From: Guillardia theta CCMP2712
Taxonomy: Eukaryota > Protista > Cryptophyta
Assembly (NCBI RefSeq): GCF_000315625.1
Contig: NW_005434482.1
Span: 22,338 to 86,337, forward strand
Length of the DNA: 64,000 bases
Reading direction: 5' to 3'
In this document: piece by piece, positions 1 to 12,472 of the stretch
How positions within the stretch are numbered: position 1 is the first letter of the stretch
How the letters are laid out: each line of letters starts with the position of its first letter
Notes under the pieces: generated by a model
Database searches by the model: none
Seen by the model: the letters and a program-made list of their open reading frames with translations, nothing else
What the model was told of the DNA's origin: nothing
Program-made: the position numbers and the translations under genes

Positions 1-186
1 TGAAGACTGACTGCTGACCGCTCTCCTCTCTCCTCCTCTTCGTGTGTGCCCTCCTACTTTGTCCTCCTCCTCTCCTCCGCTGTCTTCTCGTCGCTCCGTC
101 TTCTCGCCCTGCTGATTCTCCTGACCCTCGTGTCTTCTTGTGATACTCTCTGCTCCTGCTCCTGCTCTTCCTCGTCTTCCTATCAG

Positions 187-363
187 GGCTTGATCGCGCT
201 CAGCGGCGGGAGGCAAGCAGCCTTCAACGGAGCTGTGCTGGTCGGCTGGAGCTCCTGCGCCTTGCTGCTGCTGTGCATCTGCTTGACATTGCGCAAGGAC
301 GAGCAGAAGCTGCAGCAGCAGATCAAGTTGGGGCAGGGGGCGACGAGATGCTGCTTTGTGTAG
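187..363 (+). CDS. Last exon of a membrane protein, probably an MFS transporter (gene starts upstream of the window)
   Basis: A polypyrimidine tract and CAG acceptor at 184-186 precede GLIALSGGRQAAFNGAVLVGWSSCALLLLCICLTLRKDEQKLQQQIK...*, a terminal TM helix plus charged tail as at the end of MFS permeases. Confidence 0.5.
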   Translation, partial: GLIALSGGRQAAFNGAVLVGWSSCALLLLCICLTLRKDEQKLQQQIKLGQGATRCCFV

Positions 364-899
364 AGAGATGCGACAGGTAGTGTAGGAGTAGGATGAAGGG
401 GCCGGTGATAACGAGGATTACAGACTTGATGCCTTTGACATATTGGAGGAGAGAGGAGAGGAAGGGGGAGAAGTTGGTAGAGGAGGCGAGTAGCATTGAG
501 AGGAAACGAGTTGAGGGTGAAACAAGGAGGAAACGGAAGCGGAAGAGGAGGGGAGAGGGAGAGGAGGAGCAAGAGGAGAAGAAGGGAGAAGGAGGAGAGG
601 CTCGTCTGAGGGAAAGGAGGAGGAGGAGGAGGAGGAGGAAGAGGAGGAAGAGGAGGAGGAGGAGGTGGTGGTGGTGGAGGAGGAGGCATTTAGTTAAGAT
701 GTGTATTTGCTGATTTGGGAGACATGCCGGCGAACTATTGAAGTATTCGTCCTTGTCAAGCTTGTCAAGCTCGACCGTTGAAGTTCGCGGCGCCGTGCTC
801 GCCTACATCCTGGCCGATCTGCCGTTAACATTATCGCCCTCCTCCTACTGTCCTTGGCCCTTGCTGGGGAGCAGGAGGAGGGAGCATGGCGAGGCTGCG

Positions 900-2700
900 C
901 TAGTCTTGCTTCCTCCTGCTCTGACTGTCGAGGAACTTGAGGGTGGCGTACCAGACGCTGGCCATGAGGCCGAGGAGACAACCTGAGGCAGGTGAGGGGC
1001 GAGCGAGAGAGGAGGAGGGAAAGTTGCCTGAGATGTGGACGATGCTGTGACGGAATTGAGAGAAAGCAAGGATGGCGGATGGATTATGAGAGGGAGAGGG
1101 GGCGAGGCAGGAGGAAGCGAAGAGGAAGGAGGAAGGAGGGAGGAGGGAGGAGGGAGGAGGGAGGAAGAGGAAAGAGGGAGGAGGGAGGAAGAGAGAGGAT
1201 AGAGGGAGGGAGGAGGAAGGGAGAGGAAAGAGCGAGGAGGGAGGAGGGAGGAGGAAGGGAGGAGGGAGGAAGAGAGAGGAGGGAGGAAGAGGAAGGAGGG
1301 AGAGGGTCAGGCAAGGGCAACAGACGTTAGACGGCAGACCTGTACTCTGCTGGAGGCATGAAGATAAAACCCCCTAGCGAGCTCACCACATTCTTCGCTT
1401 GCCCTGTGTCAAGGAATATGAGCACGGAGGAGGACCAGGAGGAGGAGGAGAAGAAGGAGGGGAAGGAGGAGGAGGAGGATGTCTGAGCGAGAAACAGCAG
1501 CAGCAGCAGGGCGAGTAGTAGTAGCAGTCGTAGTTGGAGGATGAAATGCAGAAACAGTAGCAGAAGGACGAGGTGAACGAGGAGGAGGAGCAGTAGTAGC
1601 AGTCGAATCAGGTAGATGAGAGGCAGGACGAGAAGGAGGGAGGGAGGGAGGGAGGGAGGGAGGGAGGGAGGGAGGGAGGGAGGGAGGAAGTCTTACCAGT
1701 GACGCAGGTAGTTAAAGGAGAGTTGACAGAGGCGGATAGGAAAACAAGATAGTTCAAGAGGCCAGAGAGGATCTGATGCGAAACTTGAGCAAGGAGGGAG
1801 GAAGGAGAGAAGCGATAGGAGGGAGTGAGAGGATGGGAGAGAGAAGGAGGGACAGAAAGGAAGAAGAGGAGACGAGGGAGTGAGAGCACGTACTGAAGAT
1901 CCGAAGAGCGAGGCGAGGAAGCCACTGTCTGTAAGGAGAGGAAAGGAGGAGACCCTATGAAACTGAAGAGGCGACTGTAAGGGCAGGAGCTTGAAGGAAG
2001 AATGAAGGATGATGAGGGAACGCACGCGAAAACGAGAAGGAGGGGAGCAAGGATGGACGTATGGATGGAGGAGGTTGAGGTTGAGGTTATGATTGAGGTT
2101 GAGGAGAAAGAGGAGGAAGATAAAGAGGAGAAAGATAAAGAGGAAGGGGAGGAGGAGGAGGAGGAGTAGGAGTAGGAGGACTTTCGGTACCTCACTGGAC
2201 AGAAGAACGAAGAGGGCGACGGGTAGGAGGCACCACATGTTGGTATACATGAGCACGCCCATCTCCGACATCCCTGGCCGCCCCCAAGCTCATCAGCGCC
2301 CCAGCTCTCCCTCCAGCTCCCTCCCCACCTGTCTTCTTCTTTACTTGAGTCACGGCCCGCAGGTACAGCGCGGAAGAGAGGCAGTTGCAGGCGACGTGCA
2401 CATACCCGCTGCAGCCGGACTTTAGCTGGACTCTACCCAAGGGCCCCACCGCTCTCCTCTGACCCACCGCAAACTTCCCTCGAAGTCTCCCAGCCCGGCA
2501 AGGATTGCGCCTGCCAATAGGCTCAGCTGGGCCCCCGCTGGAGCCGCTCGCTGCCCCTCACCCAGCAGCATGAGGACTATGGAGAGCCAGATGCTCATTG
2601 GCGCCAACTTGTCTCGAGAGCGTCAGTAGGAGGTCGAGGGCATCGAGCATGACCTTGCTGTCGCTGAACCAATCCAGAAACTGCGGAGGCAGCTGGTCAG
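900..2700 (-). CDS. Nucleotide-sugar transporter, SLC35D/TPT-like (multi-exon; 5' part lies in or beyond the N-gap)
   Basis: Spliced exon peptides in the expected order: LLAGAILAGLGDFEGSL; GYVHVACNCLSSALYLRAVTQVKK; MGVLMYTNMWCLLP; LLNYLVFLSASVNSPLTTCVTG; GQAKNVVSSLGGFIF; GCLLGLMASVWYATLKF...* (stop 900-902). Confidence 0.8.
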
Positions 2701-2749
2701 ACTCTTCCTGCTCTTCCTGATCCCAACAACCCTCCCCCCCCCCCCACCA

Positions 2750-2751
<2 letters not shown>

Positions 2752-2814
<63 letters not shown>
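2752..2814. repeat. (CT)n microsatellite running into an assembly gap (N 2815-3331)
   Basis: Directly visible. Confidence 0.95.
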
Positions 2815-4079
2815 NNNNNNNNNNNNNNNNNNNNNNNNNNNNNNNNNNNNNNNNNNNNNNNNNNNNNNNNNNNNNNNNNNNNNNNNNNNNNNNNNNNNNN
2901 NNNNNNNNNNNNNNNNNNNNNNNNNNNNNNNNNNNNNNNNNNNNNNNNNNNNNNNNNNNNNNNNNNNNNNNNNNNNNNNNNNNNNNNNNNNNNNNNNNNN
3001 NNNNNNNNNNNNNNNNNNNNNNNNNNNNNNNNNNNNNNNNNNNNNNNNNNNNNNNNNNNNNNNNNNNNNNNNNNNNNNNNNNNNNNNNNNNNNNNNNNNN
3101 NNNNNNNNNNNNNNNNNNNNNNNNNNNNNNNNNNNNNNNNNNNNNNNNNNNNNNNNNNNNNNNNNNNNNNNNNNNNNNNNNNNNNNNNNNNNNNNNNNNN
3201 NNNNNNNNNNNNNNNNNNNNNNNNNNNNNNNNNNNNNNNNNNNNNNNNNNNNNNNNNNNNNNNNNNNNNNNNNNNNNNNNNNNNNNNNNNNNNNNNNNNN
3301 NNNNNNNNNNNNNNNNNNNNNNNNNNNNNNNNTGCCTTGGAGGGAGGAACGGCAGGAGGAGAATCTTGAAGGGGAGAGGGGGAGGGGGAGGGAGGGCAGG
3401 AGTAGGGGGAGCTGCCGGGCCCTTGCAAGCGATTGGGATCAGATGTAGGAAATGAGACGAATCCAACAGATCCAGTCCCTCGCACCTACCTACCTACCTC
3501 CTCCTCCTCCTCCTCCTTCCGCCTCCTGTCAGGGATCACTTGGTTGATATCTTTTCCTTCACCCGCACATTCCCTCTCCTCTTCTCAGAGCTGCATGCTC
3601 GCCTGTTGGGGGTCTTCGAGTTACTTCAAACGAGATGATTCAAAGCCATGAACGAGTTCTGCTGTCCCTGGTTGATCGCGATCCTCAAACAATCACTGAA
3701 AGTTGTTCTGATACACGCTGTTGCTTCTCCTCCACTTCTTCTGCTTCTCCTGTTGCTCTTGCTCCTGCTGCTGCTCCTGCTCCTGCTGCTCCTGCTCCTG
3801 CTCCTTGTTTGCTGCTTCTGCTGCTGCTGCTCCTCCTCTCCTTGGCTGATCTTGTTTCCTTGCGTTCCCCACTAATCGCTACAGTATGGGGTGCAGGTTC
3901 TGATATGTCATTTTTGAAAACATATTTATAAATATTGTCTTGTTTTTGAATCGTTTGGTGTCACATTGAAACTTAATAGGTTTTAAAGTGAACATTTGAT
4001 GTACTTGGTTTGAAAGGTAAAACAAACTTTTTGAAAACACAGGCAGTTGAATGCAGCAGTGACGAAGCGAGAGTATGGA

Positions 4080-4430
<351 letters not shown>

Positions 4431-4636
4431 ATGTTACGAGGCGGCAAGGTCGACCGGGAGTGCGAAGTGAGCTATGATCAACTTGCAGCCGGGCAGCTGG
4501 TGAGGGCTGAGATGAAACATGAATGAGGGAGGGGAGAGGAAGGAGTTGTAGGAGGGGATTGATAACTAGAGGGGAACGTCTGCTTCTCTCCCGCTTGCTC
4601 ATGCTGGTGGCAGGCGAAGCTTTGACACTGATAGCA

Positions 4637-4971
4637 ATGTCCTCGCCGGCGGGAAAGAAGATTCTTTCCTTCTCTTCCCCCGGACACATCTACAAGTCTC
4701 AGTATCCTCTGCCCCAGTGCGACCTCTCCTTGGACGTGAAGGCTCGGGCGCTCGAGTGCAAGTGAGGAGGAGGAGGAGGAGGAGGAGGAGGAGGAGGAGG
4801 AGGAGGAGGAGGATGAGAGTTTCGCTTGCTGACCCAGGGAGCAGGAAGATTCTGGTGACGAACACCCTCAACGAGCTTCGAGAAATGTCGTCGGGACTGA
4901 AGGAGGACGAATGGATGTTTGAACACGATGGAGAGAAGCGAGCTGTGTTGTCAATATGTAAAGGTGTGTGA
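4637..4971 (+). CDS. Small two-exon hypothetical protein (~83 aa); C-terminus weakly APC16-like
   Basis: ATG 4637, GT donor after ...ALECK, (GAG)n intron with CTGAC branch site, exon 2 KILVTNTLNELREMSSGLKEDEWMFEH...*. Confidence 0.4.
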
Positions 4972-5063
4972 GGTGGGGAAAATAAGGCATCATTATGTGT
5001 TAGGACAATTCTGTTGATATCAATATATACATATTTACATCTTCTTCATCACCTAATTTGACA

Positions 5064-8000
5064 TCATCGCCTTACTTCCTCTAATCTTTTTCTCATCTTC
5101 ATCTTCATATTGACAACGTTCTCAATCTTCAGGAGCTTCTTCTCTATGTTCTCCTCTTCTTCCAGCACATCTTCGTCATTGATGAAGTTGTCTCTATCAT
5201 CTTCCTCTTGCGTCTGGCTCATTTTGTCTCTTTCCTCCTTCACGTCTTGCGCCATCGGAGCTTCGCCGAGCTGTGCCTTGCCTTGCTCGAGATTCTGCTC
5301 CGGCGGGCTGATCGGGAACAGTCATTCTGACATCTCAACCACAAGACATGTCAATGTTACATGTTCTGTACATCCCTGCCGTGGGGAAAGCAAACGTTGA
5401 AGATGTTGTCGACAATCTGCAATTTGACATCAGCATGTAACTTTGAGCGTGAAGAAGACAAGGAAAGTTCTCACCTCTGCAAACATCTTGACTAGATATG
5501 ACTGCAAGGTTGTCAGAAGAGAAGCAAGATATGACAACTTCTGACATGAAGGCCTTGAAGGAGATTGAAGAGCAACCTTTCATTCCCTGCCACCTTGCCG
5601 AACGACTGCAGCCTTGTCACTGAGCATGTTGCAGCAAACACGATCATTGACCGAGAGGATGTCGGCGTCGTAGGACAAGTCTGTTCGATCTTCGGATGCG
5701 AGTGCTGGTGCGAAAAAATCATATGAGAAAATGCGCGAAGAAGAAGGGAGGGGACGGGACGGGAGGGGAGGGGAGGGGAAAGGGGAAGAGTAGGATGGAG
5801 GAGACAAGTAGACGGGAGGAGGAGGGTAGATACCGGCAGTGAAGGCTTGAAACAGAACCTTTGCGATGATCCTATTCCTTACATGAACAAGAGCAAGAGC
5901 AAGATATTCTCTCGTTTACCTCAAGTTGTTCATCGTTACCTTACCTGGCGCTCTGCCGCCAATACCATGCTGGCAGCAAATCAAAGGGCTTGAATTGCCA
6001 ACAAGATGAAGAAGATGGAGAGAAAAACATCATCAAAGTGATGAAAGCAGCATGTGAGTAATGAAAACAGCATGAACGTGATGAAAATATACGAATGATG
6101 ATGTAAACATCAAGAATGGGAGCGGAAGAAGACTGGGAGTGAATCATTGCATATAAAACAAAAACGAAGGAGAAGAGGCAGGGGTAGCAGAAGATGGTAG
6201 TGTGGAGGAGTGAGAAAACCTTCCAAGGATTGAGGAGAAGGTCGATGAAAAAAATTCTTGTAAAGATGAATTGAGCGATAAGAAACTTGGCCTGTCGTTG
6301 GTAAGGAAGGATGGAAGGAGGGAGAAGAAACGAAAAGTAGCAGAAGAAGAGGAGGGAGGAAGAGGAGGAAGAGGAGGGAGAGGAGGAGGAGGAGGAGAAA
6401 GGAGGAGGAGGAGAAAGGAGGAGGAGGAGGAGGAGAGAGATCGTTACCTGTCTATCGTTGATCTCCCTGCTTGCTCATTGTCACATATCCCNNNNNNNNN
6501 NNNNNNNNNNNNNNNNNNNNNNNNNNNNNNNNNNNNNNNNNNNNNNNNNNNNNNNNNNNNNNNNNNNNNNNNNNNNNNNNNNNNNNNNNNNCCACCTACT
6601 CTTCCCTCCCCTTTCTCCTCTCTCTCTCTCCTCCCTCTCCCTCCTCTCTCTCCCTCCTTCTTCCCTTCTTCCCTTCCCCTGCACTTCTCTCCTCCTGTCC
6701 TCTGCTTCCTCTCCTCTCTCTCTCCTCCTCTCCCTCCTTCCCTTCCCCCTGCACGTCTCTCCTCCTGTCCTCTGCTTCCTCCTCTCTCTACCCTCTGGTC
6801 AACCTGCAAGACGAGGTTCGAGTCGAAGACAATGCTCGAGACCACGTGCTTGCAGATCTACAGAAAGAGCACAACAAGATTTAGCGCAGCAACTTTCATC
6901 TCGCCTCGACTCTTTCACCCTCTTCATCCACGATCTGCAAACTTCTTGATACGTCTGAACCTCGTCGCCCCTGCTGCTTCTTAGCGATCACAACAGATAT
7001 TGAGGCTGTTGCTGACGTGATCTTGTCTTCATCGAGCTCGTCTTGGCCCTCAACCTCCTCCTCCTCCTCCTCGTGTTCTGTTCTCTGCCAAACAAGTTGG
7101 TTTGAGATCCAGTTGACAAAAAAACAAGACAGTGAGAAAGGATAGGATGGATTGAAGTGGGACGAAGACATGCCAAGATTCAACATCAGCAACATCTTGC
7201 GGATGTCCACATGTTCAAGAGCTCACTCCCTCACACACTCCCTCACTACAATCAACTCGGCAGTTCAACATTCTTACATCCAGTCTTGAGGCTTCAGCGT
7301 TGACATTGTTCGCAGCTTCTTCAGATATCTGATTGAGATGTCATGATCATCTCTGAGGAATCGAAGCTTCAGCACCTGACGAGTCTCCTTCCCGGCCGAT
7401 ACAAACTTGTCCGTAACTTCTTTCAGATTCTTCAGGAACTGAAAACAACACCAGCACCACGTGTCAATATGACAAACAGCATTCATACAGTCTTCAGCAC
7501 ATCATATTCCCTCAACAAGGCATGTCTTCTAAACAAGTCATGTCTTCTCATAAGATCATGTCTTCTCAACCAAATCGTATTTTTACAACAAGTCACGTTC
7601 GCTGACCTGGCGGTCGTATTCATCCTGATCCTCCTGTCCATCCTCCCGCCATTTGTTCACAGCGCTCGAACGTCTCCTCGGCGGCTCGACGACCCTTCTC
7701 TTCTCTGCTCCTGTCACGATCGTCTTCTCCTCCCTGCTCGCCTTCCCCCCGTCATCTCTGCTCGCTGCTCGCTCGAAGCTCCTCGATGTCTTCACTCCTC
7801 CCTCACTCTGCGAGTCGTCCGTTTCCTTCAGCATCGCAATCAGAAAGAAATCATACGAGAGCTTCCTTGCGCTTCCCTCCTCCTTCGACTTTTCCCTTCC
7901 TCAGCGGTGCTGAACCCCCCTCCCTCCCCCTTCCTCCTCCTCCTCTCCTCTCCCTCCTCCTCTCCCTCTCCTCGCTCCTCCTCTCCTCCTCTCCTCCTTT

Positions 8001-9050
8001 CCATCCCACCATGTGCTTCAGAAACATCTTCTGCATGGCAATCGTACTCTCTAAAAGCGCCTCAAGTTTCGAGGCAGCAGGCGGCCTGACTGCCAGTCTT
8101 GGCTGCTGCCGGACACGCTCGCCTCCCGCGATCTCGCTCCCTCGTACTGGTTCCTTCCCCCTGCCATCGGGGGGTCCACTGAACACAACCTGTTCCTGAT
8201 CTCGGTCTCACGATCAGCATGGCAGGAGGGAGGAGGGAGGGCGTTAACGGACCTTCCTCCTCCTCAGCTGCTGTTGCATCGCTCGATTGGACTCTTCGAT
8301 CGATCGCAGCTCAGCAAACTTGCTGTCGAGGAGGCTTCTCAGGAACGCCTCCTGCCGTCCCGGTCAGAGCAGTTCCTTCCTATCTCCTCTTGCTCACCTG
8401 CGGTGGAAGTGTCTCCGGCAGTCCTCCCCTCCTCCTCTCCTGCTCAAGTACAGCAGCCGGTCTGGCGTGTATGGCAGGCAGACTTGTTCCTCCCATTGCA
8501 TGCTCTGCGGGAGCTGCGGGGCTCGATCGCTGCTGCTCCAGCAGTGAATTGAGTTCGTTCAGACGCCGAATGACGTGCTGCTGTGACATGAAAGAAGAGG
8601 GACCGAGGAGTTCGCGTGATGTCACATGCTCCACTTGAACTTCCTTGCTGGAACAGCAAGTCCTGTCAGATCGAGGTAATAACGAGGAGATGCAGGAGAG
8701 GGAGGGGGAGAGGGAGGGGGGGAGGGAGGGGGGGAGGGAGGGGGAGGGGAGAACTTCAAAGCAGGATAGGGGGTTGCTATTATGCCTCTCGTTCCATCTC
8801 TCTGCAAAGGGTCTCAGCTGCTTCGTAGTCTGCTAGCAGCTCATCCGTCGACCTATCCCATCTGGAGCAGTCCCACCCAGCCCTCGGATCAGCTCACAAT
8901 TGGCAATTGTTCCTTACTATTTCCTCTGACACACTCTCTACTTCTCACCCGCGCATTAACAACACAATGTTCTCTGCTTTCTAAATGTGTTGGTTTTCCC
9001 CGGCTCCTACACTTTGGTCTCCCCCATCGTCTTTGACTTGGATTGTCATC
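5064..9050 (-). CDS. Multi-exon hypothetical protein (5' boundary approximate)
   Basis: Chain of minus-strand coding-like segments with GT/AG ends (e.g. 8380-8634, 8010-8190, 7600-7830, 7274-7440) and an acidic last exon 5064-5255; no family recognised. Confidence 0.5.
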
Positions 9051-9244
9051 CTCCTTTCCTCCTCTCCCTCTCCTCCTCCTCTCTCCTCCTGCTGTACTCT
9101 CCTCCTCTCTCCTCCTGCTGTCCTGTTCTCCTCTCTTCATTCAACCATGAGCACAGGCATTTGGTTTCCAACTGATTGCAATGGCGCGAAAAGATCCAGT
9201 GAAGATGGCTGACCACCTTATCAAGCCCGCCTCAGCAATCACGA

Positions 9245-9345
9245 CTTGCCCGGCCCCGGAGCCCGGTACACCTCCCGGCAACGGCGACAGTTACTCAAGG
9301 CCCGGCCCGGCCGGCCCGGTCCCGGTTACACTACTGCCTGGTCAC
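9245..9345. other. GC-rich palindrome-dense intergenic island (short)
   Basis: cccggccccggagcccggtac, ggcccggcccggccggcccgg; same vocabulary as the other islands. Confidence 0.6.
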
Positions 9346-10916
9346 GTTCATCGGAAAACCAGGTCTTACTGCGCCTGTCATCCACGTGTTTTTAGTTGAC
9401 TAAAGTATGGAAGAAGGCAGCAGCTTCACAATAGGATATCAATTAGTGCACTCATAATTGACCAAGCTCTCATGGGACACCTCGGATGTCCAATTTGGCT
9501 ATGACACGACAACGGTGTACCCCCCACCCCCTCAACTACCATGTCAACAACCCCTCCTTTGTCATATGCCCCCCTTCTCCGCCCATCGATTTTTTTTTTC
9601 GGAGCCTTCCGGATGTCATGCTGCGTGTCATGCGGTCACATTGCAGGTTGATGGCATGTTTGGGTGGGTACTTTACAAATGGATTTCTGGGGTAGGGTAC
9701 TGAGTCATGGAACAAGGAAGGTGACAAACGACCTCTTCCTTTTAAAAAAAACAATTATATCAGTATAATTATTCTTATTGACAAGGATGTAACGGAAAAT
9801 TATAATTACTACACGGTTTATTCCTTATGGGTCCAAATGCTTATAATCTTTTTACGGTAGTCGATTCGGCCTTGCTCTCTTCAAAACAATGGAATATCTT
9901 GAAATAGTTGTCTCTAGTTTGAAATGTACAAAAAGAATCAATTTCCAAATATGGATCGGTGTTGCCGAGGTGAGGACTCATTGGGCCCTGGGATCGGCAG
10001 TCCACGTTGGTCATTGACGAACACGTATATATCTGACCATATCTAGAGTTCATTTTTGTATGGCAAACACTATAAAAAGTATTGCAATGTTCCTCACAAT
10101 CACCTTGTACCCCCGTTGTCGTATATCATTTACATCCTTATTAACTTACACCTAGGATCGGAAGTTCTATATTGTGTCATATTTCAGTACAAACATTACC
10201 TACTTTTTATAGTCCACAGAATCCCAGCAATATCTAGGACGTGCCAAACCCCAAGATATCTGTCTCATGGTTATGCTAATCTGGGGTCAAGGGATCTTAC
10301 GATCGAATTGAAGGCTTCGGAGTCATAATTTTTCATAAGTCTAGTAAAGATGATTACTGAGAAGAGGGCACCTTGGGCTTCTGGCAAACGACGCTGATAC
10401 GTATCAGCTAGGGGTACCTCTTCAAAAACAAGTTTTTGATGTAAGATTTGTGTCAGCAACCGACATATTCTGCGAATCGTTGAGGATTTATGTAGTAAAG
10501 AGAGTACCATATTATCCTAATTGAAAGATATCTTGGACCCCACAAAGGGTCTCCCGTACCATATCCAGCAAGATGTTTATCTACCCCCCATTGAACTATT
10601 CAAGATATCTATGAAGTACCCGGTACTAAAGTACCCCACCCCCCTTCGGAATCTCTTTTCGAAGTATCTCTCACCTCCTTTGTTTGGCCTCTTGCCCTGC
10701 GTTTGCCTGTCTGTAGCTTGACCCGCGCATTTCCCCTCCTCCTCCTCCTCCTCCTCCTCCTCCTTCCCCCGCTCCTTTTACTCTCCCTCCTCACTCCCCC
10801 CAATCCTCTCCCTTGCAGCGCCCATCTCCTTCAGTAACGCTTGTCTTGCTCTTCTCGCCCTTCCCTGTAGTCTCTTTTCTTTCTCGCTGTCTTTCCCTTC
10901 ACACAACATTACTGTG

Positions 10917-11579
10917 ATGCAACGATACGGCGACATTCCTTTGGACTTGAGCTCCTGGCTAGTTCCTTCTCCGTTGAATCCTGTGCAGTCTCATTACAGC
11001 GCTTTCCCGAGCATCTTGCCTGTTTCTTTCCCTATCGCGGCTCAAAGTCTTCAGGTGGGTTCATTGCACCCCATCATCCCCTCGGAGGACACCACCCTTC
11101 TACTCCAGCAGCAGCTGCGACTGATGGAGAGTCAGAATGCCATGAAGCAGAAGATGCTAATGGACGCACTGACTTCTCTGGCCTCGACCAACATGCTGCT
11201 GCAACCTGCTGCAGTCACGATGGCAACCCCGGTCGTTGCACAGGAGATTGCTTCCCCCCCAAGTCAAGACATGACCCCAATCGACGCCGAGCAGGGCAAG
11301 AAAGGGAAGGTGATGAAGTCCAAGAAGAGCAAGCAGACCATGAGGAAGCGAAGCTTCTGGTCAGATGAGGAGCATCAGCTCTTTATGGACGCCCTCAAGA
11401 AGTACAACGTGAACCCAATGCGGGAGACAAAGGCGGACGGGAAGCTCTATGTTGGGCTGGGGCCGTACGTTGCCGACATGATCGCGATCGAGATCGGGAC
11501 TAGAAATGCAGCGCAAGTCCGATCGCATGCGCAGAAGTACTTCCAGAAGACCTGCGTTAGTGCGCTACCAGCCAAGTGA
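10917..11579 (+). CDS. SHAQKYF-class single-repeat MYB transcription factor (MYB-1), intronless
   Basis: WSDEEHQLFMDALKKY...IGTRNAAQVRSHAQKYF; ATG at 10917 (ORF track starts at the GTG at 10914). Confidence 0.92.
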   Translation: MQRYGDIPLDLSSWLVPSPLNPVQSHYSAFPSILPVSFPIAAQSLQVGSLHPIIPSEDTTLLLQQQLRLMESQNAMKQKMLMDALTSLASTNMLLQPAAVTMATPVVAQEIASPPSQDMTPIDAEQGKKGKVMKSKKSKQTMRKRSFWSDEEHQLFMDALKKYNVNPMRETKADGKLYVGLGPYVADMIAIEIGTRNAAQVRSHAQKYFQKTCVSALPAK

Positions 11580-12472
11580 AGTCCCGCTAGTTAAATGCTT
11601 GTTGTTATTCTTTGAATCCTGACGAAACATTCTCCCTTTCTAATGTTAAACCTCATCGCTCAAGTGGAGAAGACAGAGATGCACCTTCAGCTCTCAGCAC
11701 TGTTTGAATGTCTTTTAAAGGTCCTTGCCCAATTTTCGAACCGCAAGGTCCCGATTTTAATAGATCTGTGAAAGATACACCGAATGTCTTGAACGTACGT
11801 TTGAAATTTGCCCATGCTCAATCTATTGTTGGTCCACTCCCATCTCACATTCTATCGTTCAGCAGTATTCAGCCAGAGGTTGTTATGGAAATACTAAGAC
11901 AAAGGAGAGTGATCACCACTTGTCACACAATAAATGGAAAGATCAAAATGGCAAATACGTCTATCGCGTCAAAAGTAATATGATGCAGCTTGAAAAAGCA
12001 ATTCATCATTCTATGGATCATTCAATGTTTCAATTCGCGGAATAGCGTCGTGATACTCGATAAAGTCATGATAAAGTTATGAAGCGTTTTCGAGGACTTT
12101 GCCATATCTCCGAGGGCTTCATGGAGCTTTCATACTCTCAACGGCTAGATTACAAACTTCTTCCTATCCGCAGCTGTAAGAAGTCTTCGGACCGAGAATG
12201 TCGTAGTTCCAGACAGGGACAGGCAGGGGCAAATATATGTGAGTGTGCTAGCAAATCTCCTTCTCAACATCTCTTCTTGTGAATTAGGAGATTACGGACA
12301 TTATAGATACGCAACAAAGCATGTAATGGGATTATTCATCATGATTTCTTCGTAGAGCTGCGTGCTCTCATGTAAATTTGGCGACGTGGAGACCCTAGAG
12401 TTGGATCTATGTAGCCACTTGTACATATTCATTTGCTTAATGAAGACATATGATTAATAAAATCGAGAACAG

